Below, piece by piece: positions 1-8,186 of a stretch of DNA of 32,114 nt. The stretch covers positions 1-32,114 of the forward strand of contig ONWZ01000137.1 of NCBI GenBank assembly GCA_900321645.1, written 5' to 3'. Origin of the DNA: an uncultured Eubacteriales bacterium. GTDB taxonomy: Bacteria > Bacillota_I > Bacilli_A > RF39 > UBA660. The translations under genes and the position numbers were made by a program. Under the pieces are notes generated by a model, which saw only the letters and a program-made list of their open reading frames with translations, searched no databases and was not told the DNA's origin. Each line of letters begins with the position of its first letter. Position 1 is the first letter of the stretch.

Positions 1-311
1 ACTTTATAATTACCAATACTATTTACATCAATATTATTCTCTATAGCAACATCTGGGGTTAAATCTTTGCCTTTATCATCTGTTCCTGTATAACCAGGCT
101 CGACATATTCTTCACCTAGATATAGGGTAATATTACTATCACCAACTAAGGTAATGTAATATAATCTATCTTCATAGACAACTTGTTTATTACTTAACTT
201 AACAATTAAGAAGATAATTAATATGATTAAAATTAGTGATACAGCCATAAGTAATATCATTTTATTCTTATTAGCATCATTCATGGTATCATCCTTTTTT
301 ATAAAAAACAT
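1..311 (-). CDS. Membrane-anchored protein, N-terminal part (gene runs off the window start); one TM helix followed by an Ig-like (DUF5011-type) extracellular region
   Basis: Not in the ORF track because it is truncated by the window edge. The reverse complement reads GGAGGTAGTAATATG (SD plus ATG at 311). It then translates as MFFIKKDDTMNDANKNKMILLMAVSLILIILIIFLIV (hydrophobic anchor) ... ITLYLGEEYVEPGYTGTDDKGKDLTPDV, open to position 1. Confidence 0.55.
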   Translation of the reverse strand, partial: MFFIKKDDTMNDANKNKMILLMAVSLILIILIIFLIVKLSNKQVVYEDRLYYITLVGDSNITLYLGEEYVEPGYTGTDDKGKDLTPDVAIENNIDVNSIGNYK

Positions 312-380
312 ATTACTACCTCCTATTCCTTTATAATAATTTTATCACATTAAATTGTTTTTGCATATTAAAAGATGATA

Positions 381-1655
381 TTAGATAATATCACCTTTTA
401 CTTTATTATTTTCTATTTTTGTTATTTTCACTTTTACTTTTTCGTTATTTGATAAATCGGTTACTACTTCGACTGGAATGTAATTAGTAGTTATGACTAT
501 TTTTTTACCATCTTTTCTAGTTTCGATAATACCATCATAGATATTACCTATCTTTTGTTTATAGAAGGCTAATTCCGATTTGTCTGATATATTGATAACT
601 TCTTTAACACGACATTTTTTGGTATTTCCATCTATTTGATTCGGCATTGAAGCAGCTTTAGTGCCATCTCTTTTGGAATATGGGAAAGTATGAATCTTGG
701 TAAACTTAATTTTGTTTAATGTACCTAGCGTTTCTTTAAAATTTGCTTCGGTTTCGTCAGGAAAGCCTAAGATTAAGTCAGTTGTAATTGATATATCTGG
801 TATTTCTTTTCTGATATAATATATTCTCTCAATAAAGGTTTCTTTATTATATAGACGATTCATTTTTTTTAAGATTTCATTACTTCCTGATTGAAGTGGA
901 ATATGTAAATGCTTAGCCATAATATCATTATTTTTAATTAAATCAATGATACCATCAGTTATTTCGTTAATCTCAATGCTCGACAATCTAATTCTAAAAA
1001 TGTTAGGAATTTTAACTAATTCTCTTAATAATGTTTCTAGATTAGTATGTTTTTCAACACCATAGCGACCAGTATGGATACCAGTTAAAACAATTTCATG
1101 ATACCCATTATTAACTAATGTGGTAACTTCTGAGATTACTTTATCAAAATCTTTGCTTCTAATACCGCCTCTGGCGTACGGAATAGTACAATATGCGCAA
1201 AAGGCATTACAGCCATCTTGAATTTTAACAAAAGCTCTTGTATGAGTTACAAATCGATTTATATACATATCTTCAAAATCAGTTTTAGTAATATTATCAA
1301 CTTTAATTATCTTCTGCTTACTATTTTGATATTCTTTAATTAATTCAATAATTTGTGATTTATATTTATTACCAATAACGATATCCGCATCAATTTTGCT
1401 AGGATTTAGTTGGGAATAGCACCCCATAACGACTAAGATTGAATGAGGATGATTTTTTCTTGCCGTATGAATTAATTTACGATCTTTCTTATCGGCTTCA
1501 TTGGTAACTGTACACGTATTAATAATATAGACATCCGCCACTTCTTCACTATCAAAAGGAATCATTTGATAATGATTTTCTTGCATTAGATTAGTTACAT
1601 ATTCTGATTCATAAATATTTACTTTACAACCAAAGGTATGAATAGCAAAAGTCAT
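381..1655 (-). CDS. mtaB: tRNA threonylcarbamoyladenosine methylthiotransferase MtaB (radical-SAM MTTase)
   Basis: 424-aa ORF. N-terminal MTTase Cys triad (TFGCKVNIYESE, NTCTVT, MGCY). Radical-SAM CxxxCxxC (CNAFCAYC). C-terminal TRAM-like tail. The FGCKVN-YESE signature looks MtaB-like rather than MiaB or RimO. Confidence 0.85.
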   Translation of the reverse strand: MTFAIHTFGCKVNIYESEYVTNLMQENHYQMIPFDSEEVADVYIINTCTVTNEADKKDRKLIHTARKNHPHSILVVMGCYSQLNPSKIDADIVIGNKYKSQIIELIKEYQNSKQKIIKVDNITKTDFEDMYINRFVTHTRAFVKIQDGCNAFCAYCTIPYARGGIRSKDFDKVISEVTTLVNNGYHEIVLTGIHTGRYGVEKHTNLETLLRELVKIPNIFRIRLSSIEINEITDGIIDLIKNNDIMAKHLHIPLQSGSNEILKKMNRLYNKETFIERIYYIRKEIPDISITTDLILGFPDETEANFKETLGTLNKIKFTKIHTFPYSKRDGTKAASMPNQIDGNTKKCRVKEVINISDKSELAFYKQKIGNIYDGIIETRKDGKKIVITTNYIPVEVVTDLSNNEKVKVKITKIENNKVKGDII

Positions 1656-1756
1656 ATTATCACTTCCAATCAGTGGTATTATATCATGACATACAAAAAA
1701 ATGAAAGATATTTAAAAAAGAATTATTATATGTTAAAATACTTATTGGTGGTATAG

Positions 1757-2683
1757 ATGTTTGAATATACTTTGGATAATAAACGATATCATACTTTAAA
1801 TTATTTTTATAAGAGTAAATTTGGTATAAAAATATTTAAACTTAGTTTAAATGGCGGTTTTACCTGCCCTAATTTAGATGGTACCAAAGGATATGGGGGA
1901 TGCATTTATTGTTCTAAAACAGGCAGTGGTGAATTTGGTGGGGATAAATTTAAATCATTAACCGAACAAGTTGAAGATATGAAAAAGATTGTCAATAAAA
2001 AGCATATTCCTTGCAAGTATATTGGATACTTTCAAGCAAGGACTAATACTTATGCACCCGTTAATATTTTAAAGGCTAAATATGAAGAAGTATTAGCGTG
2101 TCCTGATATAATTGGTTTAAATATAGCTACAAGATGTGACGCAATTACTCCGGAATGTCTAGATTATTTAACCGAATTAAATAAAAAGACATTCTTAACA
2201 ATTGAATTAGGACTTCAGACAATTCATGAAAAGACATCTAAGTTAATAAATCGTTGTCATACTTTAGCCGAGTTTGATGAAATGGTTAAACAGTTAAGAA
2301 AAAGACATATCAATGTCGTGGTTCATATCATTGATGGGCTGCCATATGAAGATGAAGATATGATGTTAGAAACAGTTAAACATTTAAACAATCTAGATAT
2401 TCAGGGAATAAAGATTCATATGTTACATGTTATTAAAGATACAGAAATGGCTAAGTTATATGAAAAAGAAAAATTTCATGTACTTACAAAAGATGAATAT
2501 ATTGATATTGTTATTAAACAATTAGAGATATTGAATCCTAAAATAATCATCAATCGAATAACTTCTGATCCTGATAAAGATTTATTGATTGAACCAAAGT
2601 GGTTATGTGAAAAATGTCAATTACTTAATGATATTGATAAGGAAATGAAAAAAAGAAATACATATCAAGGAATAAAATATTGA
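1757..2683 (+). CDS. TIGR01212-family radical SAM protein (YtqA/YhcC-like)
   Basis: 308-aa ORF. The N-terminus YHTLNYFYKSKFGIKIFKLSLNGGFTCPNLDGTKGYGGCIYC is the characteristic signature of this family. Confidence 0.8.
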   Translation: MFEYTLDNKRYHTLNYFYKSKFGIKIFKLSLNGGFTCPNLDGTKGYGGCIYCSKTGSGEFGGDKFKSLTEQVEDMKKIVNKKHIPCKYIGYFQARTNTYAPVNILKAKYEEVLACPDIIGLNIATRCDAITPECLDYLTELNKKTFLTIELGLQTIHEKTSKLINRCHTLAEFDEMVKQLRKRHINVVVHIIDGLPYEDEDMMLETVKHLNNLDIQGIKIHMLHVIKDTEMAKLYEKEKFHVLTKDEYIDIVIKQLEILNPKIIINRITSDPDKDLLIEPKWLCEKCQLLNDIDKEMKKRNTYQGIKY

Positions 2684-2692
2684 TATGTATTT

Positions 2693-2833
2693 TTACTTTG
2701 ATAGATTAACCATTACATATTTGCTTTCTTCACGAAGATTATCTTGCTTTACATCATTGATTATTAATAATGTAGAGATTAAGATAATGGCATAAAACAA
2801 GATAGCCCCTTTGTTCTTTTCCAAAAATTTCAT
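2693..2833 (-). CDS. Unannotated 46-aa single-pass membrane protein divergent from lexA; candidate SOS-induced small membrane protein
   Basis: Hand translation of the minus strand gives MKFLEKNKGAILFYAIILISTLLIINDVKQDNLREESKYVMVNLSK-stop. The SD GGGTGA lies 5 nt upstream of the ATG (GGGTGATTAGAATG). It has its own near-consensus promoter (next feature). It is below the ORF-track size cutoff. Confidence 0.4.
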   Translation of the reverse strand: MKFLEKNKGAILFYAIILISTLLIINDVKQDNLREESKYVMVNLSK

Positions 2834-2856
2834 TCTAATCACCCTTTCTTGGTTTT

Positions 2857-2885
2857 ATTTTATTACGTATAAACGTTCGTGTCAA
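2857..2885 (-). promoter_or_regulatory. Sigma-A type promoter for the 46-aa ORF: TTGACA-17 nt-TAAAAT, with the spacer occupied by CGAACGTTTATACG
   Basis: The minus strand reads TTGACA CGAACGTTTATACGTAA TAAAAT. The -35 is 2880-2885 and the -10 is 2857-2862, with exactly 17 nt between them. Confidence 0.5.
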
Positions 2886-2998
2886 TATTTTTTTAATATT
2901 TTTGCAAACAAATGTACAAGTTTTACACTTTTGTGTAAATTGTTTATTATATAGTATTTTTGTTCGTAATTTTTTAAAGAAATTATAAACAAATGTTT
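2866..2998. promoter_or_regulatory. Four LexA (Cheo-type, CGAAC-N4-GTTCG-like) box candidates in the lexA divergent intergenic region
   Basis: Read in one orientation the four sites are CGAACGTTTATACG (2866-2879), CAAACAAATGTAC (2905-2917), CGAACAAAAATACT (2953-2966) and AAACAAATGTTT (2987-2998, overlapping the lexA -35). All are degenerate relative to the Bacillus consensus. Confidence 0.4.
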
Positions 2999-3025
2999 GA
3001 CATTCGTTTGCTTTTGTGTTAAGAT
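2997..3025 (+). promoter_or_regulatory. lexA promoter: TTGACA-17 nt-TAAGAT with an extended -10 TGT
   Basis: TTGACA at 2997-3002 and TAAGAT at 3020-3025, preceded by TGT. It lies about 20 nt upstream of the lexA SD. Confidence 0.55.
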
Positions 3026-3045
3026 ACTTAGTGAAAGGAGTTATT

Positions 3046-3675
3046 ATGAGACAAAAAACAGAAGGTTTAACAAGAAAACAAAAAGAAGTTTTAGATTTTA
3101 TCAAACAATTCCATGCGCAAAATAAATATCCTCCTTCAATCAGACAAATATGTAGTGCCATCAATTTATCTAGTCCTGCAACAGTACATGTGCATATTAA
3201 TCACTTAGTTGATAAAGGATATATTAAAAGAAGTAAAGAGGGCAATAGAGCAATGGAACTATTAGTTCCAAATGAATATGAAGATCGTGGTGACGACGTT
3301 GTCAATGTTCCACTATTAGGAAAGGTTACCGCTGGTTCTCCAATTGAAGCAATTGAAATGCCAAACGAATTATTTTCACTACCTTCATACTTAATTCCCA
3401 AAAAGAAAGAAGTATTTACTTTAAAAGTAGATGGTGAAAGTATGATTAATAAAGGCATTTTATCAGACGACATTGTGATTGTAGAAAGAACAAGCAATGC
3501 TAAAAATGGTGAAATGGTCGTAGCAATGAACGACAACAACGAAGTTACTTTAAAAACATTTTATAAAGAGGATGGCCACATTAGATTGCAACCAGAAAAT
3601 GATTATATGGAGCCAATCATTTTAGATGATGTAACTATCTTGGGAAAGGCTATCGGTTTGTATCGTAAATTTTAA
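3046..3675 (+). CDS. lexA: LexA transcriptional repressor (SOS regulator, S24 autopeptidase)
   Basis: The N-terminal winged-HTH region (LTRKQKEVLDFIKQFHAQNKYPPSIRQICSAINLSSPATVHVHINHLVDKGYI) is recognisable. So are the cleavage-site region VPLLGKVTAGSP and the catalytic Ser (GESM) and Lys (TLKT) regions. The start was moved from the track value 3016 to the ATG at 3046, which follows AAAGGAG. Confidence 0.92.
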   Translation: MRQKTEGLTRKQKEVLDFIKQFHAQNKYPPSIRQICSAINLSSPATVHVHINHLVDKGYIKRSKEGNRAMELLVPNEYEDRGDDVVNVPLLGKVTAGSPIEAIEMPNELFSLPSYLIPKKKEVFTLKVDGESMINKGILSDDIVIVERTSNAKNGEMVVAMNDNNEVTLKTFYKEDGHIRLQPENDYMEPIILDDVTILGKAIGLYRKF

Positions 3676-3704
3676 AAGAGATCAAAATTTGATCTCTTTT
3701 TTTT
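3676..3704. terminator. Bidirectional intrinsic terminator between the convergent lexA and membrane-protein genes
   Basis: AAGAGATCAAAATTTGATCTCTTTTTTTT. The stem is AGAGATC/GATCTCT, flanked by an A-run and a T-run. Confidence 0.7.
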
Positions 3705-4764
3705 AGAAAAAGTAAGTATTAAACAAGAAGAAACTACAGACATTAATCGAAAATACCGCCAGTAAAGCATAATTAATAAATTTATCTTTAATCATATAAT
3801 ATACAGGAAAACAAGCAAAGATATAACGATAATAGCTTGTTAAAGGATCGCCATTACCTTTTATGCTAGTGCAAATTATAATAAGCGTCATAATAAAATA
3901 TAAATATATGTCGTAGTAGTTTTTTTCTTTATGATGATTAACAATATATTTAATAAAGAATGTAACAATAACAATCGTTAAAATAGAATTAATAATAAAA
4001 ATCATTTGGGGATCTTGAATAGTTTTAATAACGACATCATAAAGAATTCTAAAAATATTCGTTTTTTCTTTTAGCCAATAGCTTTGTACCTCAACAAATT
4101 TTAAGGAATTGCCCGTTTTAAAATATAGATAAGCGGGATATAAACAACTAATAATAGTTGCCGGTATATAAGTAATAATAATATTTTTAATTTTAATTTT
4201 TTTCTTAAACAAATCAATAATCATTAAGATAAACAAGGTAAAGAACAAAATGCTTCCAGTGCTTCTTACCGTGGAACACAAACCTAAAATAATGCCTAAT
4301 ATTAAATAATAATTTTGTTCTTTATATAGATAATATACGAGAACAGTTAAAAAAACAAAAATAGATTCAGTGTAAAAGAGCATCGTCATTAGAGCAATTG
4401 GTGAAATTAGCCAAAAAACAACCGGTGTTAATGGTTTCTTTAGTTTTAAATATTTATCACCAATGATATATAACAAATAACTCGTTAAGGCAACGCATAT
4501 TTGATTAATTAAAAGAAAGCCAATTTTTCCTAAATATCTTATTAATAATGGCACTCCTGGAAAGAAAGCATATAGATAATAAATAGTATAGCCGTTCTTA
4601 GCAATATTAAGATAATGTTCTCCATCATATAAATAAAATATTGATGGAATATCTGGATATTTGGTTTTTAATAAGAAATTATCAAGAATCATTAAAAAAA
4701 TCAAAAAGATTCTAGTTATTAAATAACATCTGAGAATTTTTTTGATTATTTCTTTTTTGGTCAT
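3703..4764 (-). CDS. Polytopic integral membrane protein, possibly a GT-C-fold glycosyltransferase (PMT_2 / PIG-V-like)
   Basis: 353-aa ORF made almost entirely of hydrophobic helices, about 10 TM segments by eye. The functional family is a guess from architecture only. Confidence 0.6.
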   Translation of the reverse strand: MTKKEIIKKILRCYLITRIFLIFLMILDNFLLKTKYPDIPSIFYLYDGEHYLNIAKNGYTIYYLYAFFPGVPLLIRYLGKIGFLLINQICVALTSYLLYIIGDKYLKLKKPLTPVVFWLISPIALMTMLFYTESIFVFLTVLVYYLYKEQNYYLILGIILGLCSTVRSTGSILFFTLFILMIIDLFKKKIKIKNIIITYIPATIISCLYPAYLYFKTGNSLKFVEVQSYWLKEKTNIFRILYDVVIKTIQDPQMIFIINSILTIVIVTFFIKYIVNHHKEKNYYDIYLYFIMTLIIICTSIKGNGDPLTSYYRYIFACFPVYYMIKDKFINYALLAVFSINVCSFFLFNTYFF

Positions 4765-4772
4765 AATATCAC

Positions 4773-5777
4773 CTATTTGTTTTCTTCTTTAATTATTCCT
4801 AAGTGCTTGTATGTTTTATCAGTGACTACTCTACCGCGAGTAGTTCTTTTTAAGTAACCATTTTGAAGAAGAAATGGTTCATATACATCTTCGATAGTGG
4901 ATACTTCTTCGCCAATTGAAGATGCAATAGCTTCGATGCCAACTGGACCACCATTAAATTTTTCAATAATTGATAATAGCAAATTGTAATCAGTTTCATC
5001 TAAACCTAATTTATCAACTTTTAAACGATTTAAGGCATCATCTAAGATTTCATTATTGATAACTCCTTCGCCATTAACTAAAGCAAAGTCTCTTACTCTT
5101 TTGAATAGTCGATTAGCAATTCTTGGAGTCCCCCTACTTCTTTTAGCTAATTCATGAGCTGCTTCATCGGTTATCTCAGTATCTAATACACGAGAAGTCC
5201 TTTTTACTATTTGATATAGTTCATCTTCGGTATAGTAATTTAATTTGGAAATGATGCCAAAACGATCTCTTAATGGACTCGACAAATCACCTGCTCTTGT
5301 AGTTGCTCCGATTAAGGTAAATGGTGGTAAATCTATTTTAATACTACGGCTTGTTCCTTCAGAACCACCAATAACAATATCTAAATAAAAGTCTTCCATC
5401 GCGGGATATAGAATTTCTTCAATATATCTTGGAATACGATGAATTTCATCAATAAATAAGACATCATTTGGTTCTAGAGTTGAAAGGATCGCTGCTAAAT
5501 CGCCACTTTTTTCAATGGAAGGGCCAGAAGCAGTTTTAATATTACTACCAAGTTCATTGGCAATAATATAAGCTAATGTAGTCTTTCCTAAGCCTGGAGG
5601 ACCATATAGTAAAACATGATCTAAATTTTCACCACGCATTAAAGCTGATTTGATAAAGACACGAATATTTTCTTTAACTTCTGTTTGACCAATATATTCA
5701 TCTAAACTTTCTGGTCTAATATTCTCGGTTTTATCTTCTTCCAATAATTCACTTGTTAAAAGTTCATTTTTACTCAT
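4773..5777 (-). CDS. ruvB: Holliday junction branch-migration helicase RuvB
   Basis: [11 protein letters not shown], Walker [10 protein letters not shown], Walker B LFIDEIHR and the sensor GATTRAG are all present. 334 aa. Confidence 0.95.
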   Translation of the reverse strand: MSKNELLTSELLEEDKTENIRPESLDEYIGQTEVKENIRVFIKSALMRGENLDHVLLYGPPGLGKTTLAYIIANELGSNIKTASGPSIEKSGDLAAILSTLEPNDVLFIDEIHRIPRYIEEILYPAMEDFYLDIVIGGSEGTSRSIKIDLPPFTLIGATTRAGDLSSPLRDRFGIISKLNYYTEDELYQIVKRTSRVLDTEITDEAAHELAKRSRGTPRIANRLFKRVRDFALVNGEGVINNEILDDALNRLKVDKLGLDETDYNLLLSIIEKFNGGPVGIEAIASSIGEEVSTIEDVYEPFLLQNGYLKRTTRGRVVTDKTYKHLGIIKEENK

Positions 5778-6337
5778 CTTGTCACCTCTTTTACGTATTC
5801 ATAGATTTCCTGCCATGATTTAACATGTTTGACATCCGTACAATACTTATTATAGTATGCTTCAAACAATAAGACATCAATGCCTAATTTTGATACTGCT
5901 AGGCAATGTTTCACACTATCATCAATAAACAAATCAATATGTTCTTTTTCACATACTTGGGCTTTATCTAAGCTACCAACTAGTATCTTTTCATATTTAA
6001 TACCATGCTTATCTAAGTAATCTTTACTTGTTTTATAGGGATCAGTATGATCGATTCCCCTTGCGGTAATAAAATATACTTTATGACCTAATTCGTACAA
6101 CTTATCGATGGTTTCTTTAACACCATCTTTGATGGTAATATTAGGAATTACTTGATCATAAACCGGTTTTAATATTTTGAAATATTCATCTAAGGTAATT
6201 AGATGTTTAACCGAGTTATGATATGGGAGTGATTTATGCAAAGTCTCTTCAGGAATACCAAATATTTTAGAATAATATGGAATTAAACATTCCCAACTAT
6301 TGGTAATTGTATCATCGATGTCGACACCAATACGCAT
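5774..6337 (-). CDS. HAD-superfamily hydrolase, 5'(3')-nucleotidase-like
   Basis: HAD motif I DIDDT at the N-terminus ([15 protein letters not shown]) and a C-terminal DD motif (LFIDDS). Its stop overlaps the ruvB start by 4 nt. Confidence 0.65.
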   Translation of the reverse strand: MRIGVDIDDTITNSWECLIPYYSKIFGIPEETLHKSLPYHNSVKHLITLDEYFKILKPVYDQVIPNITIKDGVKETIDKLYELGHKVYFITARGIDHTDPYKTSKDYLDKHGIKYEKILVGSLDKAQVCEKEHIDLFIDDSVKHCLAVSKLGIDVLLFEAYYNKYCTDVKHVKSWQEIYEYVKEVTR

Positions 6338-6352
6338 AATATCACCTTCTTT

Positions 6353-6907
6353 TTATTTTAATAATAATTTTAAAGCTTCTTTAATTTGATTTTCAATGGT
6401 TAATGTGTCATCAACATTTTTAACTACTTTATTAATATCTGGGCGTTTGTAGCCTAGAGCTACCAATGCTTCCACTAATTCATCATTGACATTATCTTTG
6501 ACATCTTTATTGTCAGATGCTAATTTGCCTTTTAAATCAAGAATGATTTGTCTAGCTACTTTATCGCCAATCTTAGGAAACTTTTTCAAATATAGAATAT
6601 TTTCCCTATCGATGGCATCAACGATGCCATTAATTGAACCAGTTGCTAACATAGGCAGGGCCATTTTAGGGCCTAGTCCTTTAACTGAAATTAATTTTAA
6701 GAAAAGATTTAATTCTTCTTTGGTATTAAAGCCATATAAAGAGTATTCATCTTCCCTAATATAACTATAAGTATATATTGTATATTGTTCATTTAATTTA
6801 TAGGAATAAGGATTAGGAACATATATTTGATAACCAATATCATGGTTATCAATTACAACATAATTACTTTCAATATCTTTAATATAACCTTTTATATAAC
6901 CATACAT
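6353..6907 (-). CDS. ruvA: Holliday junction DNA-binding protein RuvA
   Basis: 184 aa. OB-fold N-terminus, HhH region (LISVKGLGPKMAL ... KKFPKIGDKVARQI) and a C-terminal domain III. Confidence 0.9.
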   Translation of the reverse strand: MYGYIKGYIKDIESNYVVIDNHDIGYQIYVPNPYSYKLNEQYTIYTYSYIREDEYSLYGFNTKEELNLFLKLISVKGLGPKMALPMLATGSINGIVDAIDRENILYLKKFPKIGDKVARQIILDLKGKLASDNKDVKDNVNDELVEALVALGYKRPDINKVVKNVDDTLTIENQIKEALKLLLK

Positions 6908-6908
6908 A

Positions 6909-8063
6909 TTATTTATATTCCTTTATGTCACTATTTTTTAAGCCATGTAAAACACTCATATCCATTTCTTTTACCATATCAGTATCACGATTGATATTTT
7001 CAATGGTATCGTTAATCATGATAGTGAATAATTCTTTATATGAAATGTGGGCTTCTTCCCACAAATGATGTGAGAAGCATGTTGGGATACTATTGATTTC
7101 ATCAATATATAGTTTCTTCTTCTTTTTATCATACAAGAAATCAACGGTTGATAATCCAGTGTTATTTAAGAAATTAATCGTTCTTTTAGCTAAATCAATT
7201 ATTTCATTTTCCATCTTATCAGATATTTTAGCAGGAACTGTTCTCACAATATTACCATTACGATAATTTTCTAAATTACATTTATCAATATAATCACGAA
7301 AATCTAGGTTAGTAGCAATTTCTTCAATGGCAGATGCGAATAATTTATCATTTGTTTTTAAGATAGAGACATTGTATTCAAGAACATCTTCAAGTTGTTC
7401 TTCGACGATAATTTTACGATCAAATTTTAAGACTTCATTAATTATCGTATCCAATTCTTCTTTACGTTTAACGACTTTTATACCGATACTACTGCCTAAA
7501 GTAGCTGGTTTAACAATTAATGGATAATCTAATTTATCAATCTTTTTAAATAATTCTTCTTTATTCTTTTTATATTCATTATCAAAAAACCAGACATATT
7601 TAACAGTTGGTAAATCATTTTGTTCTAATAATTGCTTAGTAAATACTTTATCTTGGCAAATTACGGATGAATAAATATTGTTAGATACATATGGAATGCC
7701 TATTGTTTGAAGAAATCCCGCAATGGTGCCATCTTCAGTTCCACGGCCATGAACCATTGGAATTGCTAAATGAATCTCTGTTAATTCTCTTTTAATAAGA
7801 CCTGTCGTTTGTAAAATAAAGCGACCATTTTTATTAATTAAATTTACCTTTGTAGCATATCTTTCAATTAAATTAAAATTATTAAAACTATCAATATAAC
7901 GTAAGCATCCTGAAGAATACCATACCAATTCTTTAGTAATGTAGATTGGAACAATATCATATTTTTCGGTATCGATATTATCCATCGCTTGAAGTGCCGT
8001 TATAATTGATAATTCATGTTCAAGACTTTGACCTCCGAAAATTACCCCTATTTTCAATTTCAT
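6909..8063 (-). CDS. ddl: D-alanine--D-alanine ligase (ATP-grasp)
   Basis: N-terminus KIGVIFGGQSLEHELSIITA. ATP-grasp core (PLIVKPATLGSSIGI). C-terminal EINSIP motif region. Confidence 0.85.
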   Translation of the reverse strand: MKLKIGVIFGGQSLEHELSIITALQAMDNIDTEKYDIVPIYITKELVWYSSGCLRYIDSFNNFNLIERYATKVNLINKNGRFILQTTGLIKRELTEIHLAIPMVHGRGTEDGTIAGFLQTIGIPYVSNNIYSSVICQDKVFTKQLLEQNDLPTVKYVWFFDNEYKKNKEELFKKIDKLDYPLIVKPATLGSSIGIKVVKRKEELDTIINEVLKFDRKIIVEEQLEDVLEYNVSILKTNDKLFASAIEEIATNLDFRDYIDKCNLENYRNGNIVRTVPAKISDKMENEIIDLAKRTINFLNNTGLSTVDFLYDKKKKKLYIDEINSIPTCFSHHLWEEAHISYKELFTIMINDTIENINRDTDMVKEMDMSVLHGLKNSDIKEYK

Positions 8064-8081
8064 ATAATCACCTTCATTTTA

Positions 8082-8111
8082 AGTATACCATAATTTAAAA
8101 GACCCCGTCAA
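8082..8111 (-). promoter_or_regulatory. Candidate ddl promoter: TTGACG-18 nt-TATACT with an extended -10 TGG
   Basis: The minus strand reads TTGACGGGGTCTTTTAAATTATGGTATACT, about 15 nt upstream of the SD GAAGGTGA. Confidence 0.4.
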
Positions 8112-8155
8112 TTGTTATAACTGTAGGTTAACTATTATGTAAAATAAGTGTCTAA

Positions 8156-8186
8156 TAGAAAAACAACTGATTAAACTTCAGCTGTT
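8156..8186 (-). terminator. Intrinsic terminator overlapping the stop codon of the ClpX-like gene
   Basis: The minus-strand RNA is AACAGCUGA-AGUUUAA-UCAGUUGUU, a 9-bp stem with one G-U pair, followed by UUUUCUAUU. Confidence 0.5.

Noticed and set aside
355-395. Palindrome GATATTA-TC-TAATATC at the mtaB stop codon as a terminator
   Set aside because: The loop is too small, the stem is AT-only, and the trailing T-run is weak. It cannot be distinguished from chance symmetry in AT-rich DNA.
381-1655. Functional link between the MTTase (mtaB) and the YcaO, by analogy with E. coli YcaO assisting RimO
   Set aside because: The genes are about 25 kb apart in separate operons. The MTTase has MtaB-type rather than RimO-type signatures, and the YcaO here sits in a dedicated cassette.
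2835-3164. 109-aa minus-strand ORF spanning the lexA promoter and the lexA 5' end
   Set aside because: It overlaps the well-supported lexA start and promoter and has no SD. Its composition is that of AT-rich intergenic read-through. The genuine minus-strand gene here is the 46-aa ORF ending at 2693.
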